The translations under genes and the position numbers were made by a program. Positions 24,058 through 33,446 of a stretch of DNA of 64,000 bases are shown in pieces. The notes beneath the pieces were generated by a model, which had not been told where the DNA came from, ran no database searches, and worked only from the letters and a program-made list of their open reading frames with translations. Each line of letters starts with the position of its first letter. The first letter of the stretch is position 1. Origin of the DNA: an uncultured delta proteobacterium (lineage in GTDB: Bacteria; Myxococcota_A; Polyangia; Haliangiales; Haliangiaceae); assembly GCA_963848295.1 (NCBI GenBank), contig CAWKDB010000010.1, positions 1,952,001 to 2,016,000 on the forward strand, given 5' to 3'.

Positions 24058-24990
24058 ATGAGCCCCGTCCGCAGCACCGATCAGCCGTACTCCGCTCGCA
24101 CCTCATCGTGGATCGCGAGCTTGCTCTACACGTCACTCGTCACCGGATCGATCGCGGCGTGCGCCGGCCATGCGACGCCCCGCGCTCGACCGACGAGCTT
24201 GGTGATCGATCGGTTCAGCCAGCGCGCCGGACATCTCATGGTCCGCGATCACGCGCCCAAGCTGCCGGGACCGGATCAGCCGATCGATCTCGATCGACCG
24301 CCGTTCGCCACGCAAGGACTCGGCCCGGATGGCTCGCCGGTTCGTTACTACAACTTCGACGTTCAGAGCGATCAGCCGGCGACGATGTACCGGTTGGTCC
24401 ACGCCGGGTCTCACGATCCGATCGCGGGCCAGCTCGACATCGTCGATGTCGTCCCCGGCGACGACGGCTACAGCGACTTCTGGCGGGTCGCGTGGGTCGA
24501 GGTGCCGGCCGGTTTCGTCGCGGGGTCGATCACGAACGCGAGCCAGCTGCGCGCGCTTCATGTCGAGACCTCGGCGAGCGTCGTCGATTGTCCGATCGTT
24601 CCGCGCGGTACGACCGCCCGCGGTGGCCACGGTGTCGCGCCGCCGGAGGTCCGCGAGCTGTCGGTCCGCGGCCAGCGCGTGACGTGCCTGCACTTCGGGC
24701 CGGACCTCACGCTCGACGGTGACCGGGTCCCGACCTCGCCGATCTACGTGACGTTCGCGAGCGAAGCGGGCCCCGCGTCCGGGTTTCGGACGGAGGCCCA
24801 GACTCCGCAGACGCACAACGTCGTGATGAGCGTGCCCGGCGACGTCGACTACTCGCCGCTGTGGGCGGTGCACATCTACGATCGGCAGGCGTTCGATCGC
24901 GTCCACGATGCGAACACCGCGATCGCCGCGCCGGTCGCCGGAAAGGGCCCGCTCGTGAACTGCCCGATCTTCGCGGTCGGCCCGCAATGA
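24058..24990 (+). CDS. Exported hypothetical protein with an internal duplication
   Basis: Signal or lipobox-like IAAC; two repeats, DIVDVVPGDDGYSDFW..DCPIV and NVVMSVPGDVDYSPLW..NCPIF. Confidence 0.7.
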   Translation: MSPVRSTDQPYSARTSSWIASLLYTSLVTGSIAACAGHATPRARPTSLVIDRFSQRAGHLMVRDHAPKLPGPDQPIDLDRPPFATQGLGPDGSPVRYYNFDVQSDQPATMYRLVHAGSHDPIAGQLDIVDVVPGDDGYSDFWRVAWVEVPAGFVAGSITNASQLRALHVETSASVVDCPIVPRGTTARGGHGVAPPEVRELSVRGQRVTCLHFGPDLTLDGDRVPTSPIYVTFASEAGPASGFRTEAQTPQTHNVVMSVPGDVDYSPLWAVHIYDRQAFDRVHDANTAIAAPVAGKGPLVNCPIFAVGPQ

Positions 24991-24992
24991 GC

Positions 24993-26175
24993 TCAGTTGG
25001 CAGCGATGCCCTCGGCGGTCGCCGGTAACCCGATGACGTCGGGGTGCCGGGTCAGCGTACCGTCCGTCGCGACCGCGTAGGTGCTGATCGAGTGGTCGTT
25101 GGAATCGAGCACGTAGAGGAACGCGCCATCGGAGCTCAGCGCAGCGTCGAGCGGCTTGTTGGCCGTGGTCGCGGCGATGCCGCTGCTCGCGGTGAGCGCG
25201 AGCGTGCCGTCGCCCGCGATGCCGTAACCGGTCACGCTATCGCTGCCGGCGTTGATCGCCCAGCCCCAGCCGCCGCCCGCCGCCATCCAGCACGGAGCAG
25301 CTTGGTGCGTGCTCAGCGACGAGGTCGTCGCGGTCAACGCGCCGTCGGTCGCGATCGTGTAGGCGCTCACGGCGCCCGCCGCCTCGGTCACGAGCAACGT
25401 GCCGTTGCCGCTGAACGCAAACCCATAGGGCGTCGCGGTGGCGCCGCCTGCGGTGATCTGGTCACGCGGCCCGGTCGCCACGCCGGCGGCGTCGACCTCG
25501 TACGTGTCGATCTCGCCGGTGCCCTTCTCGGTCACCACGAGGTGGTTGCCGTCGGGCGTGAACGAGATCTGCGCGGCGGCGGCGAGCGACGACGACGGTC
25601 GTGCTCAGCCCCACCGATACCGAGTTCGAGGTCGAGGCCGTCGGCGCCGGCCGAGAACCCGCGACGTTCGGCGCGTTCGAGGGATTGCCCGCGTTCAGGA
25701 CGTAGACGATCCCGTTGTACTCGGTGACGCTGATCGGCGCGACGCCGCCCGACGCGGCCGGCGTACCGACGAGCGACAGACTACCGTCGGTCTGGATCGC
25801 GAACATCGACACGGTGTTGCTACCGGCGTTGACCGCGAACACGCGCTTCGCGGTGGCGTCGACGACCACCGCGCCCTGATCCGCCAGGCTGGCTCCGGTG
25901 CCGGTCCCGCCGGTACCGAACGCCCACGGGTCGCCGAGCGAGCCGTCGGAGTTGCGTGCGAACGCCCATACCTCGTTGTGGGCGCTGTCGTTGGACGCGA
26001 CGTACACCGCGCCGACCACTCCCGGGCCGGCGTCGACTACGGGGCCGGCCGGGCCTTGTGGTCCAGCTGACCCAGTTGACCCTTCCGAGCCCATGGGGCC
26101 TTCGGGCCCGGTAGATCCGGTGCAAGCAGCGACGAAGGAACACAGCAGGAACGTGAAAGTGCGCGAGTAAGACAT
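24993..26175 (-). pseudogene. Lactonase/beta-propeller lipoprotein with short collagen-like N-terminus, frameshifted at about 25580-25660
   Basis: GGAGG RBS, lipobox VAAC, G-X-X repeats, AVNAGSNTVS. It continues in another frame as QISFTPDG..PYGFAF..APCW. May be a sequencing error. Confidence 0.75.
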
Positions 26176-26399
26176 GCAGCCCTCCAAGATGGTCTGCCGC
26201 ACCTACGCGCGCAGCGAACGAAGGTTACGAGCGAACGTCGCGCTCGGCCCGAACATCGGGTGCAAACGTTGCGGCTGAACGAGTGCAGCCAACGCGATTA
26301 TTTTGTATACCAACGAAATGGTGCGGGTCCCACGCTGCGCTGCAATACGGCTCGAGTCCGAGGCGAAGCTCGACGGCATCGTCGGGACTCGCTGACCCC

Positions 26400-28316
26400 G
26401 TGACCCCCGATCCCCAGCCAGCGCGGTTGGACGCGGAGCGTGCGAAGGCCGCACCCGGTCCGCGTCGTCGCCCTGCGCGCCCGACCCAGCCGCTCGCATT
26501 CGCGGTGGACGTCGTGCAGCGGAGTTACCAGGTCTGGCTGACGACCAAGGCGCGGTTCAGTCCGACCGAGCGCCAGCGGCTGTTCGGGCTGACCATCATC
26601 ATCGGAGGTGTGTGCGGGCTGGTGGCGGTCGCATTCCACGAGAGCATCCGCTGGCTCGCCTCGCTCACGATCGATCGCGCGTTCTCCGCATCCGGCGACA
26701 CCTGGATCCTGTGGGTGATCCTGGTGCCGTCGGTCGGCGCCCTGGTGTCGGGCGTGATGCTCTACTACATCCCCGGGGCGCGGGGCAGCGGTGTGCCCCA
26801 GGTCAAGGTCGCCTATGCGCTGAAGGCGATGAAGCTTCGCTTGCGCGACTCGCTCGGCAAGTTCGTGATCGGCGTGGTCCAGATCGGCACGGGCTCGTCG
26901 CTCGGACGTGAGGGGCCGACGGTCCAGATCTGCGCCGGTGTCGCGAAGGGACTCGGCAAGGTCGTCGGGGTGTCGGCGCAGAACATCAAGCTGCTACTTC
27001 CCGTCGGCGCGGCGGCCGGAATCGCCGCGGCATTCAACGCGCCGATCGCCGCGGTCACGTTCACGATCGAGGAGATCGTCGGCAAGCTCGATCAGACCCT
27101 GCTCTCGGGCGTGATCGTCGCCGCGGCGCTCGCGGCCGCCGTCGAGCGCAGCGTGCTCGGCGAGAGCCCGATGTTCTCGATTCCGAAAGCCGAAGGACTC
27201 GACCACGCGTCGTCACTCGTGATCTACGCCGCGCTCGGCGTGGCCGCGGCGCTGGTGTCGATCGCGTTCACCGAGTCGCTGCTGTGGCTGCGACAACGGT
27301 TCAACACATCGAAGAGGGTGCCGGTGTGGTTCGGGCCAGCGGTCGGAGGCGCCGTCACCGGGCTGCTCGGTGTCGCGGCGATGGTCATCGCGCACGTCGG
27401 CGGCATCACCGGCGGCGGCTACGCCGTGCTCGGCGAGGCGCTGTCCGGCAAGTTCGTCGTCGAGGTCCTCCTCGTGCTCGGCGCGTGCAAGCTGGTCGCG
27501 ACCGTGTTCTCGTACTCGAGCGGCGGCTCCGGCGGCATCTTCGCGCCGGCGCTGTTCATCGGCGCCATGCTCGGCGGCGCGTTCGGCGCGATCGACGTCG
27601 CGGTGTTCGGCCACAGCCAGGCGGAGGTCGCATCGTTCGCGTTGGTCGGGATGGGCGCGGTGTTCGCGGGGATCATTCGCGCGCCGATCACTTCGGTGCT
27701 GATCATCATCGAGATGACTGCGGGCTACGGCCTGACCCTACCCTTGATGATCGCGAACATGATGGCCTACGGCCTCGCTCGCCACCTGCGACCGACGCCG
27801 ATCTACGAGGCGCTGCTCGAGCAGGATGGCGTCCAGCTCCACGCGCCCAATCCGGTGCTGGATACGATCGACCGCCTCTCGATCGACCGGGTCAAGCTCG
27901 AGGACGGTCCGCACGCGACGTACCGGGCGAACGAGAAGCCCGTGCGTATGCTCGAGGTCGTTCAGACCGCCGGCCGGCAGGAAGTGTTCCCCGTCCTCGA
28001 TGCGACGCAACGTCTGATCGGCATCATCACGCTCGAGGATCTGACCGCGCTCGCCGCCGAGGCCGACATCGACGACCTGGTCTGTGCGACCGACCTCATG
28101 CGGCCGCCGGTCGCGCTGCAGCAGCACGAGCTCGTGAGTCGCGCGCTCGACCTGATGATGTCGCTGGGCGTGCGCGAGCTGCCCGTCATCGACGCCGACC
28201 AGCGCGTCCTCGGGCTGATCGACGAGGCCGCGATCGCCCGCGAGTACATGCGTTCGCGCGCCGCCGAACGCGCCGATGCCGCTGCGTCCAGCGAGCACCC
28301 GGCCGCGCGCGGATAG
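26400..28316 (+). CDS. CLC family H+/Cl- antiporter with CBS domains
   Basis: GSGVP, GREGP, FTIEE and GGIFAP motifs; C-terminal CBS pair; start uncertain. Confidence 0.92.
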   Translation: MTPDPQPARLDAERAKAAPGPRRRPARPTQPLAFAVDVVQRSYQVWLTTKARFSPTERQRLFGLTIIIGGVCGLVAVAFHESIRWLASLTIDRAFSASGDTWILWVILVPSVGALVSGVMLYYIPGARGSGVPQVKVAYALKAMKLRLRDSLGKFVIGVVQIGTGSSLGREGPTVQICAGVAKGLGKVVGVSAQNIKLLLPVGAAAGIAAAFNAPIAAVTFTIEEIVGKLDQTLLSGVIVAAALAAAVERSVLGESPMFSIPKAEGLDHASSLVIYAALGVAAALVSIAFTESLLWLRQRFNTSKRVPVWFGPAVGGAVTGLLGVAAMVIAHVGGITGGGYAVLGEALSGKFVVEVLLVLGACKLVATVFSYSSGGSGGIFAPALFIGAMLGGAFGAIDVAVFGHSQAEVASFALVGMGAVFAGIIRAPITSVLIIIEMTAGYGLTLPLMIANMMAYGLARHLRPTPIYEALLEQDGVQLHAPNPVLDTIDRLSIDRVKLEDGPHATYRANEKPVRMLEVVQTAGRQEVFPVLDATQRLIGIITLEDLTALAAEADIDDLVCATDLMRPPVALQQHELVSRALDLMMSLGVRELPVIDADQRVLGLIDEAAIAREYMRSRAAERADAAASSEHPAARG

Positions 28317-28342
28317 GCGTGACGCGTCTGGACGGACCGCGA

Positions 28343-28655
28343 TCAAATCGTTTGCGTAGCGACGAGATGCGGCATTCCAGGCGGGAGTCGGCCCAGCTCC
28401 GGATCGAGATCGCTGAGCACCGCCGAGGCGAATCGAGTGACGTCGCGGTATCGGAGTGTGCCTTGAGGAAACTCGAGCTTCTCCAGCGCGTCGCCGCGAC
28501 GCCAGCCGAGCTCGACGAACTGCGTGCCCGGCGGAACATCGACCTGGCGCGGTACGTTGCGACGAACCGTTCGTCGCTGAAGATGTGCAACGAAACCTAC
28601 CGAGGTAGAAACCACCAGGGCTTCCGCACTCGTAGCTGACGGCGTCAACAGCCAT
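28343..28655 (-). pseudogene. Degenerate paralog of the 139-aa toxin-locus protein
   Basis: Three frames give MAVDAVSYECGSPGGFYLGRF / LHIFSDERFVATY / VELGW..FASAVLSDLDPELGRLPPG, matching both ends of 28699-29118 with the middle deleted. Confidence 0.7.
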
Positions 28656-28698
28656 TACTTGACTCCAAACTCCGAACCTAACCGCTCGCCCACAGCGA

Positions 28699-29118
28699 TC
28701 AGGCGTGTTGTTGAACATCAACGATCGGCGTGGTCTGACCCGGTGGCATGCGAGCGATCTTCGGCTCGAGCATGGACAAGATCGACGATGCGATGATGGA
28801 TATCGCGACGTAGGTGCGGTCACCCTCGCCGATTTCAATCCGCTCCCACGTTCCGTCCGTCTCCAGCGCGAGCTCGACTGGATAGGAACCCGACGAGACT
28901 GGGGCAATTGGCGCAACGCGCGGGAATCCTGCGTCACTGACCGCGGCAGTCGCGCGATCAAATGTTCCGCGCACCAACGTTCCGCGCCAACTCGTTCGCT
29001 TCTTGCGATGCTCGTAACTCGCCTCGAATCGATCGTCCGCGTAAAGCCTGAGCTCGAACCGGCCGGAGTAAGGATTGCTGGGGCTCCCATTGCAGAACGA
29101 AATCTGGGTAGCGCTCAT
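28699..29118 (-). CDS. Hypothetical protein, putative immunity or accessory factor
   Basis: ATGA-coupled to the upstream HEAT gene; paralogs elsewhere in the locus. Confidence 0.75.
   Translation of the reverse strand: MSATQISFCNGSPSNPYSGRFELRLYADDRFEASYEHRKKRTSWRGTLVRGTFDRATAAVSDAGFPRVAPIAPVSSGSYPVELALETDGTWERIEIGEGDRTYVAISIIASSILSMLEPKIARMPPGQTTPIVDVQQHA
28886..29060. repeat. 175-bp direct repeat, copy 1 (copy 2 at 35501-35675)
   Basis: gaacccgacgagactgggg...gcctgagctcgaacc occurs at both sites (offset 6615). Confidence 0.92.
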
Positions 29119-30017
29119 GATCTGCTTTCCCGCACATCGCTCACCAACCGCTCCGGGCCGGCGGCTCCGAGCTCCGGCACTAGGTCGCCACCGATCTGGC
29201 CGGTCAGCCTCACAATGTCGCGATATCGGGTGCTGGCGATCGGCGCCTCCAGCTCGGCCCGGTTTCCATCACGGGTACATCCGATGATGATGGCCTCTCC
29301 TGCGCGCGGCGCCGGAGGTCCCGGGAAGCCGGCGAGCTCCATCGCGCCAACGGCACGATCCCAGGTCCCGGGGACAACCGTGCCGCGCCAGACCTTGTCA
29401 GCACAGTGTACTTCGAATGCGTCATGTGTGAGCGAGACTGTCGTCAGCGCGTCGCGCGTTTCGATCCGCGTCGTGCGTACGAGGTCCGCTTCGGTTCCGC
29501 GATCGGCCCCCGTTTCGCGCATCACCGCATCGAGCCTCGTCCAGAGTATGCCGTCCTCGAGTGGGCGATCCAATGACGAGGCCGGCTTTGGGCGATCCAC
29601 TGCGTTGGGCAAATAGACAGTGAAGAACTCCGTATAAGCGATCGCCCGGACGGCATCCGGTTGCGTATCATCGACGACGAGCTGATACAGGCGGCGAAGC
29701 GTGGACGGAGAACGCGTAGCCGTGTCGTAGGCCGCCCACGCGAGAACGGCGATCCCGCGGGTCTCGTCGTCTGGATCTTCCCTCATCATCTGCTCGGCTA
29801 CTTCGCGATACGCAGGCAGCTGCCAATAAAAGCCAAGTGTGCGGATCGCGGCAGAGCGAAGATCCGGTTCCGGGTCGTGGAGATACTCCGCGACCGCGGG
29901 TGCCAGCGTCTTTTTGAACGACTTACCGATCGCGATGATCGCGCTGTAGCGATCGTCCAGCGTCTGTGCATCGCGAACGCGCGAGAGCGCAGCTTTCTCG
30001 TCTGGCGTCATCGTCAT
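29115..30017 (-). CDS. HEAT-repeat immunity protein with extra C-terminal domain
   Basis: ATG 30017 overlaps the toxin stop; HEAT motifs YLHDPEPDLRSAAIRTLG and DPDDETRGIAV. Confidence 0.8.
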   Translation of the reverse strand: MTMTPDEKAALSRVRDAQTLDDRYSAIIAIGKSFKKTLAPAVAEYLHDPEPDLRSAAIRTLGFYWQLPAYREVAEQMMREDPDDETRGIAVLAWAAYDTATRSPSTLRRLYQLVVDDTQPDAVRAIAYTEFFTVYLPNAVDRPKPASSLDRPLEDGILWTRLDAVMRETGADRGTEADLVRTTRIETRDALTTVSLTHDAFEVHCADKVWRGTVVPGTWDRAVGAMELAGFPGPPAPRAGEAIIIGCTRDGNRAELEAPIASTRYRDIVRLTGQIGGDLVPELGAAGPERLVSDVRESRS

Positions 30018-33000
30018 GTCTTCGACTCCACTGTATCTAGAAGTTTGGAGTGTCGCGACAACCAACGCTGGAGCGCCTCGCGTGCATCGTCATCCAAATC
30101 ACCGGCGAGCTCGCGCTTCACTCTGTCGATCGCGTTGATCACGCCCTGTCGTGCTGCATCGACCTCGGCGACATGTTGGAAGGCCCCTCCAGCTGGATTC
30201 GGGATGGCAACCCCTCGGTTTTCCTTGATCACCGCGGCGAGATCGTCCGGCGTCATATGATCGCGAACCGCGCGTTCTGCGCGACGCAAAACGTTCTGCG
30301 TCGCCTGTGGCACCGCAGTGAGGTCCGCTTCGCGTGAGTCCTTGAGGACACGATTCCGCTCGTTCGCAACCTCCTCGAGGTCGCGCTGCTCATCGGCGGC
30401 CAAGGGTTGCGGCAGGTTCTTCCCCGTGTTCGAGAGCTGCGCCTCGGGCGTTCCCTTTGTCTTCGGCGCTTCAGGCGCGTGTCCTGCAACTGGCAGTTCT
30501 TGCGTATCGGCCGCGGCTTTCACCTCATCGATTTCGGGTGGGCCTCCAGCGCCTGACATCCTCCGAGTTTCTGCTGCAGCCTTCACCTCGTCGAACTCAG
30601 GCGGCGCGACGGCACTCATCGGCTTCGTTACCTTCGCAGCAGCGGCCTCGCTCTGCATCGCACGATCAATGTCGCCGCCGATCTGGTCGATGTGGCGCGC
30701 CTTGAGCGAGGCTACTTTCTCGCCCTCGTCCCAGAAGTCACCCATCAGACTGTTGTCATTGAAAAGGGCGCGATTGGGAGAGCGACCGAGCTCCTCGTAC
30801 TCGTCGAGTAAGCCGATCTGATGCGATAGCTCGTGGGCAGCGACCTCCTCGCTGGCGTCGTCGGTAAGCCAGCGGTACTGATGCGTCTTCTTCACGCGAA
30901 ACCCGGTCGCGGGATCGTACGGGCACTCGATGTCGACCACCAGATCCGCCTCTGCAGGATCATCGACGAAGTTGATGCGAACGTGAAGGTTGCTGCCGTC
31001 TTGAAGCGTGTGGAGGCGCTTGCCGTCCTTGAAGTTGTAGAAGCGATCGATTCCGTTCTTGGAGTGATCCTTCATGATCTCGATCTCGACGTCGTTCACC
31101 GCTTCGCCGGGACGCATATGTACGTCGAGCGTGATCTCGGTCAGCGGACCGTCCGCTGCCTCGAACTTCCGAACGTCGAACTTGCTATCGACGATAACGC
31201 TACCGTCGTAACGCCTGTTCTTGACCTCGGTGACATGCGCGGCTTCGCGCGCCTCCGCCTCCTTGAGCTCGGCTTCGAACTTCTCGTAGTGCGGACCGCG
31301 TGAGACGTTGGTAGCGCCTTCAACTTCGCCGCGAATCTGCTCGGGTGCCCCGAGGTTCGCCTGCGTCACCGCGACCTCGGTCGCCGGCTCGCCGACCTTC
31401 GCGAGCGCCGTCTCGGTCTTCGCCGCGTCGGCCGCCTCGCCCGGCATGCGCGGTGCGCTGTCCGCGAGCTCCGCGTCGCCCGCGACTTCCTGAACGCCTT
31501 TATCGACGATCTCGGCCTTTGCCTCTTGAGTCGCGCCGTGCTCGACGAGCTCGCCTGCGGTCTTCTCGCCGATTTCGACTGCATCACCGCCGATCGCGCC
31601 GACCTTGCGCATCTGGGCGAACCTGGCGACGCCCACGGTCGCGAGATCGACGACGGCGTCGATCGCCAGCAACTTCGTATCGTCGGCCGGGTCGTAGGCT
31701 TCGCCCGCGACGGACTTCTTGATCGCCATCGTCGCGAGCCCGGACGCGATGTCGATGAGCGCAAACAGCTCCGGCTGCGCCGTTAGTAGCGCGGCGATCT
31801 TCGCGATCGTCGCGAAGATGTGACCGAGGTGTTCGCCGAGCTTGATCTTCTCCTCGCGCTGAACGTCGAGCGTTTGCGCGAGGTTCTGGTCGATCTCGCG
31901 GAACTCGGCGTCGGAGACTCCCGACTTGAGCTCGCGCGGTCCCAGGCCGAACGGATCCGCCGCCGGTCGAAGCATGTCGTCTTGAACGAGCAGCTGCTCG
32001 CGCGCGAGCTCCTCGGTGCCGGCGTTGCCTCCGTACTGCTCGCGCATCGTCTCGCGGTTATCGAGCGAGTCGCTATGTTGCTTGTCGTAGAGCTCGACTT
32101 GAAGGCGATGCTCGAGATCGGGCCGGCGCTCCGGCTTGACGCCGTACTCGCGCACGTTGTCGATCTTCAGCTCCATCGCGTTCAGATCGTCGTGAGCGAG
32201 CTCGCGTTCGATCTCCTCGAGCGGCCTCTCGTCGCCCTCGGCCTTCGCGTTCAGTGCATCGTTCTGGAACTTGGCGAGCTCGGGCGCCTCGAGCATGTCC
32301 TTGCCGTACTTGGCCTTGAACTCGGCTTCGTCGAACATCAGACCCTTGTTCGACTTGATCCCTTCGAGCACGGCGACGCGATCCTTGTCGCTGTCCGCGC
32401 GGTGATACTCCGTCGCCGTGCTGAACTTGCCTTCGCTCCACAGCTCGGTGGTGCCGATCTCGTTGTCCGCTGCCTCTGCCTTGCGCTTCTCGCGGTCGTG
32501 ATCTCGCGTGACGGCGAGCTGTTCCTCTACGAAGGCGTTGTCGCTGTGCCTATCGGTCTCGACGTACGACGCGTAGTGCGCGGCGAGCTGCTGGTCGACG
32601 CCATGCTCGTCGACCTTCGTGGTGTCGCGCCCGGTGAGGATAGCCACCCCGCGTTGCTCGCTTGCATCGAGCTCGGTCGCCTTCGCGGCCAGGGCTTGTT
32701 TCTCGGCCAGCGCGGCCGCTCGCTTCTGGGGATCGGTGCTCGACAGGTCCGGACTCGTGAGCGCGGTCTCGATCTCCTTCTGGTCGTTTTCGCGCATGCC
32801 CTCGCGCAACGCGTAGGCGCGATCTTCGGCCCGTTCGCCGCGCAACAGCGCCGCGACCCGCATGTCGGTCGTATCGCCATCGTTGAACCGGTCCTTCAGT
32901 AGCTCGTCGAACGTCTCGCCGCCCGTCGCGGCAGCTTGCCGGTCCCACGCGGTCCGAGCCGCTTTGATCTCCTCGGGCGGCATCTGCTCGAGCTCGCGGA

Positions 33001-33199
33001 GCACGTTGCTCGCCTTGCGGACGTCGTAGTTGTGGAGGCTCTGCGCGTCGATCTGCCCGTAGTCGCCGGTCTTCATACCGTCGCCGCGCTTCTTCAGCAT
33101 GTTCGCGATGTGAATGCCTTCGGCCGCCGCGCGGTCTCCGGCCGACAGCTTCAAGATCTCCTCGCGGTTGTCCTCGGAGACTACGACCCCGCCCTGCAT
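30014..33199 (-). CDS. 5'-truncated polymorphic toxin: shared trunk, HExxH metallopeptidase, Ntox28-like tip
   Basis: Trunk matches 36080-39439; AHELSHQIGLLDEY..SLMG; tip DHMTPDDLAAVIKE..GGAFQHVAEV. Confidence 0.8.
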   Translation of the reverse strand: MQGGVVVSEDNREEILKLSAGDRAAAEGIHIANMLKKRGDGMKTGDYGQIDAQSLHNYDVRKASNVLRELEQMPPEEIKAARTAWDRQAAATGGETFDELLKDRFNDGDTTDMRVAALLRGERAEDRAYALREGMRENDQKEIETALTSPDLSSTDPQKRAAALAEKQALAAKATELDASEQRGVAILTGRDTTKVDEHGVDQQLAAHYASYVETDRHSDNAFVEEQLAVTRDHDREKRKAEAADNEIGTTELWSEGKFSTATEYHRADSDKDRVAVLEGIKSNKGLMFDEAEFKAKYGKDMLEAPELAKFQNDALNAKAEGDERPLEEIERELAHDDLNAMELKIDNVREYGVKPERRPDLEHRLQVELYDKQHSDSLDNRETMREQYGGNAGTEELAREQLLVQDDMLRPAADPFGLGPRELKSGVSDAEFREIDQNLAQTLDVQREEKIKLGEHLGHIFATIAKIAALLTAQPELFALIDIASGLATMAIKKSVAGEAYDPADDTKLLAIDAVVDLATVGVARFAQMRKVGAIGGDAVEIGEKTAGELVEHGATQEAKAEIVDKGVQEVAGDAELADSAPRMPGEAADAAKTETALAKVGEPATEVAVTQANLGAPEQIRGEVEGATNVSRGPHYEKFEAELKEAEAREAAHVTEVKNRRYDGSVIVDSKFDVRKFEAADGPLTEITLDVHMRPGEAVNDVEIEIMKDHSKNGIDRFYNFKDGKRLHTLQDGSNLHVRINFVDDPAEADLVVDIECPYDPATGFRVKKTHQYRWLTDDASEEVAAHELSHQIGLLDEYEELGRSPNRALFNDNSLMGDFWDEGEKVASLKARHIDQIGGDIDRAMQSEAAAAKVTKPMSAVAPPEFDEVKAAAETRRMSGAGGPPEIDEVKAAADTQELPVAGHAPEAPKTKGTPEAQLSNTGKNLPQPLAADEQRDLEEVANERNRVLKDSREADLTAVPQATQNVLRRAERAVRDHMTPDDLAAVIKENRGVAIPNPAGGAFQHVAEVDAARQGVINAIDRVKRELAGDLDDDAREALQRWLSRHSKLLDTVESKT
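31402..33160. repeat. 1759-bp near-identical direct repeat, copy 1 (copy 2 at 36589-38347)
   Basis: Constant offset 5187; identical shadow ORFs in the track; one mismatch noticed (33143 c vs 38330 t). Confidence 0.95.
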
Positions 33200-33446
33200 C
33201 GCCCCGCACCCAATCGAGCGCGAGCGCCTTTGCGCCGCGCTGCCAGACCGTGCGGTCTGTCGCCTCCGTCGCGACCGGCACCGCTGACGACTCCACGTTC
33301 GCGTCTCGGATCAGCAGCGCGACGCTCATCCCGCCGAACCGACCTGACGCTGCTCGATCATCGTCGGTGTGAGCACACGGATCCTCCAGAATTGTTTCGC
33401 TCCAACGTCTGGACCCGCTGCCACGAGGTTGCGACGCTGATCGCGA

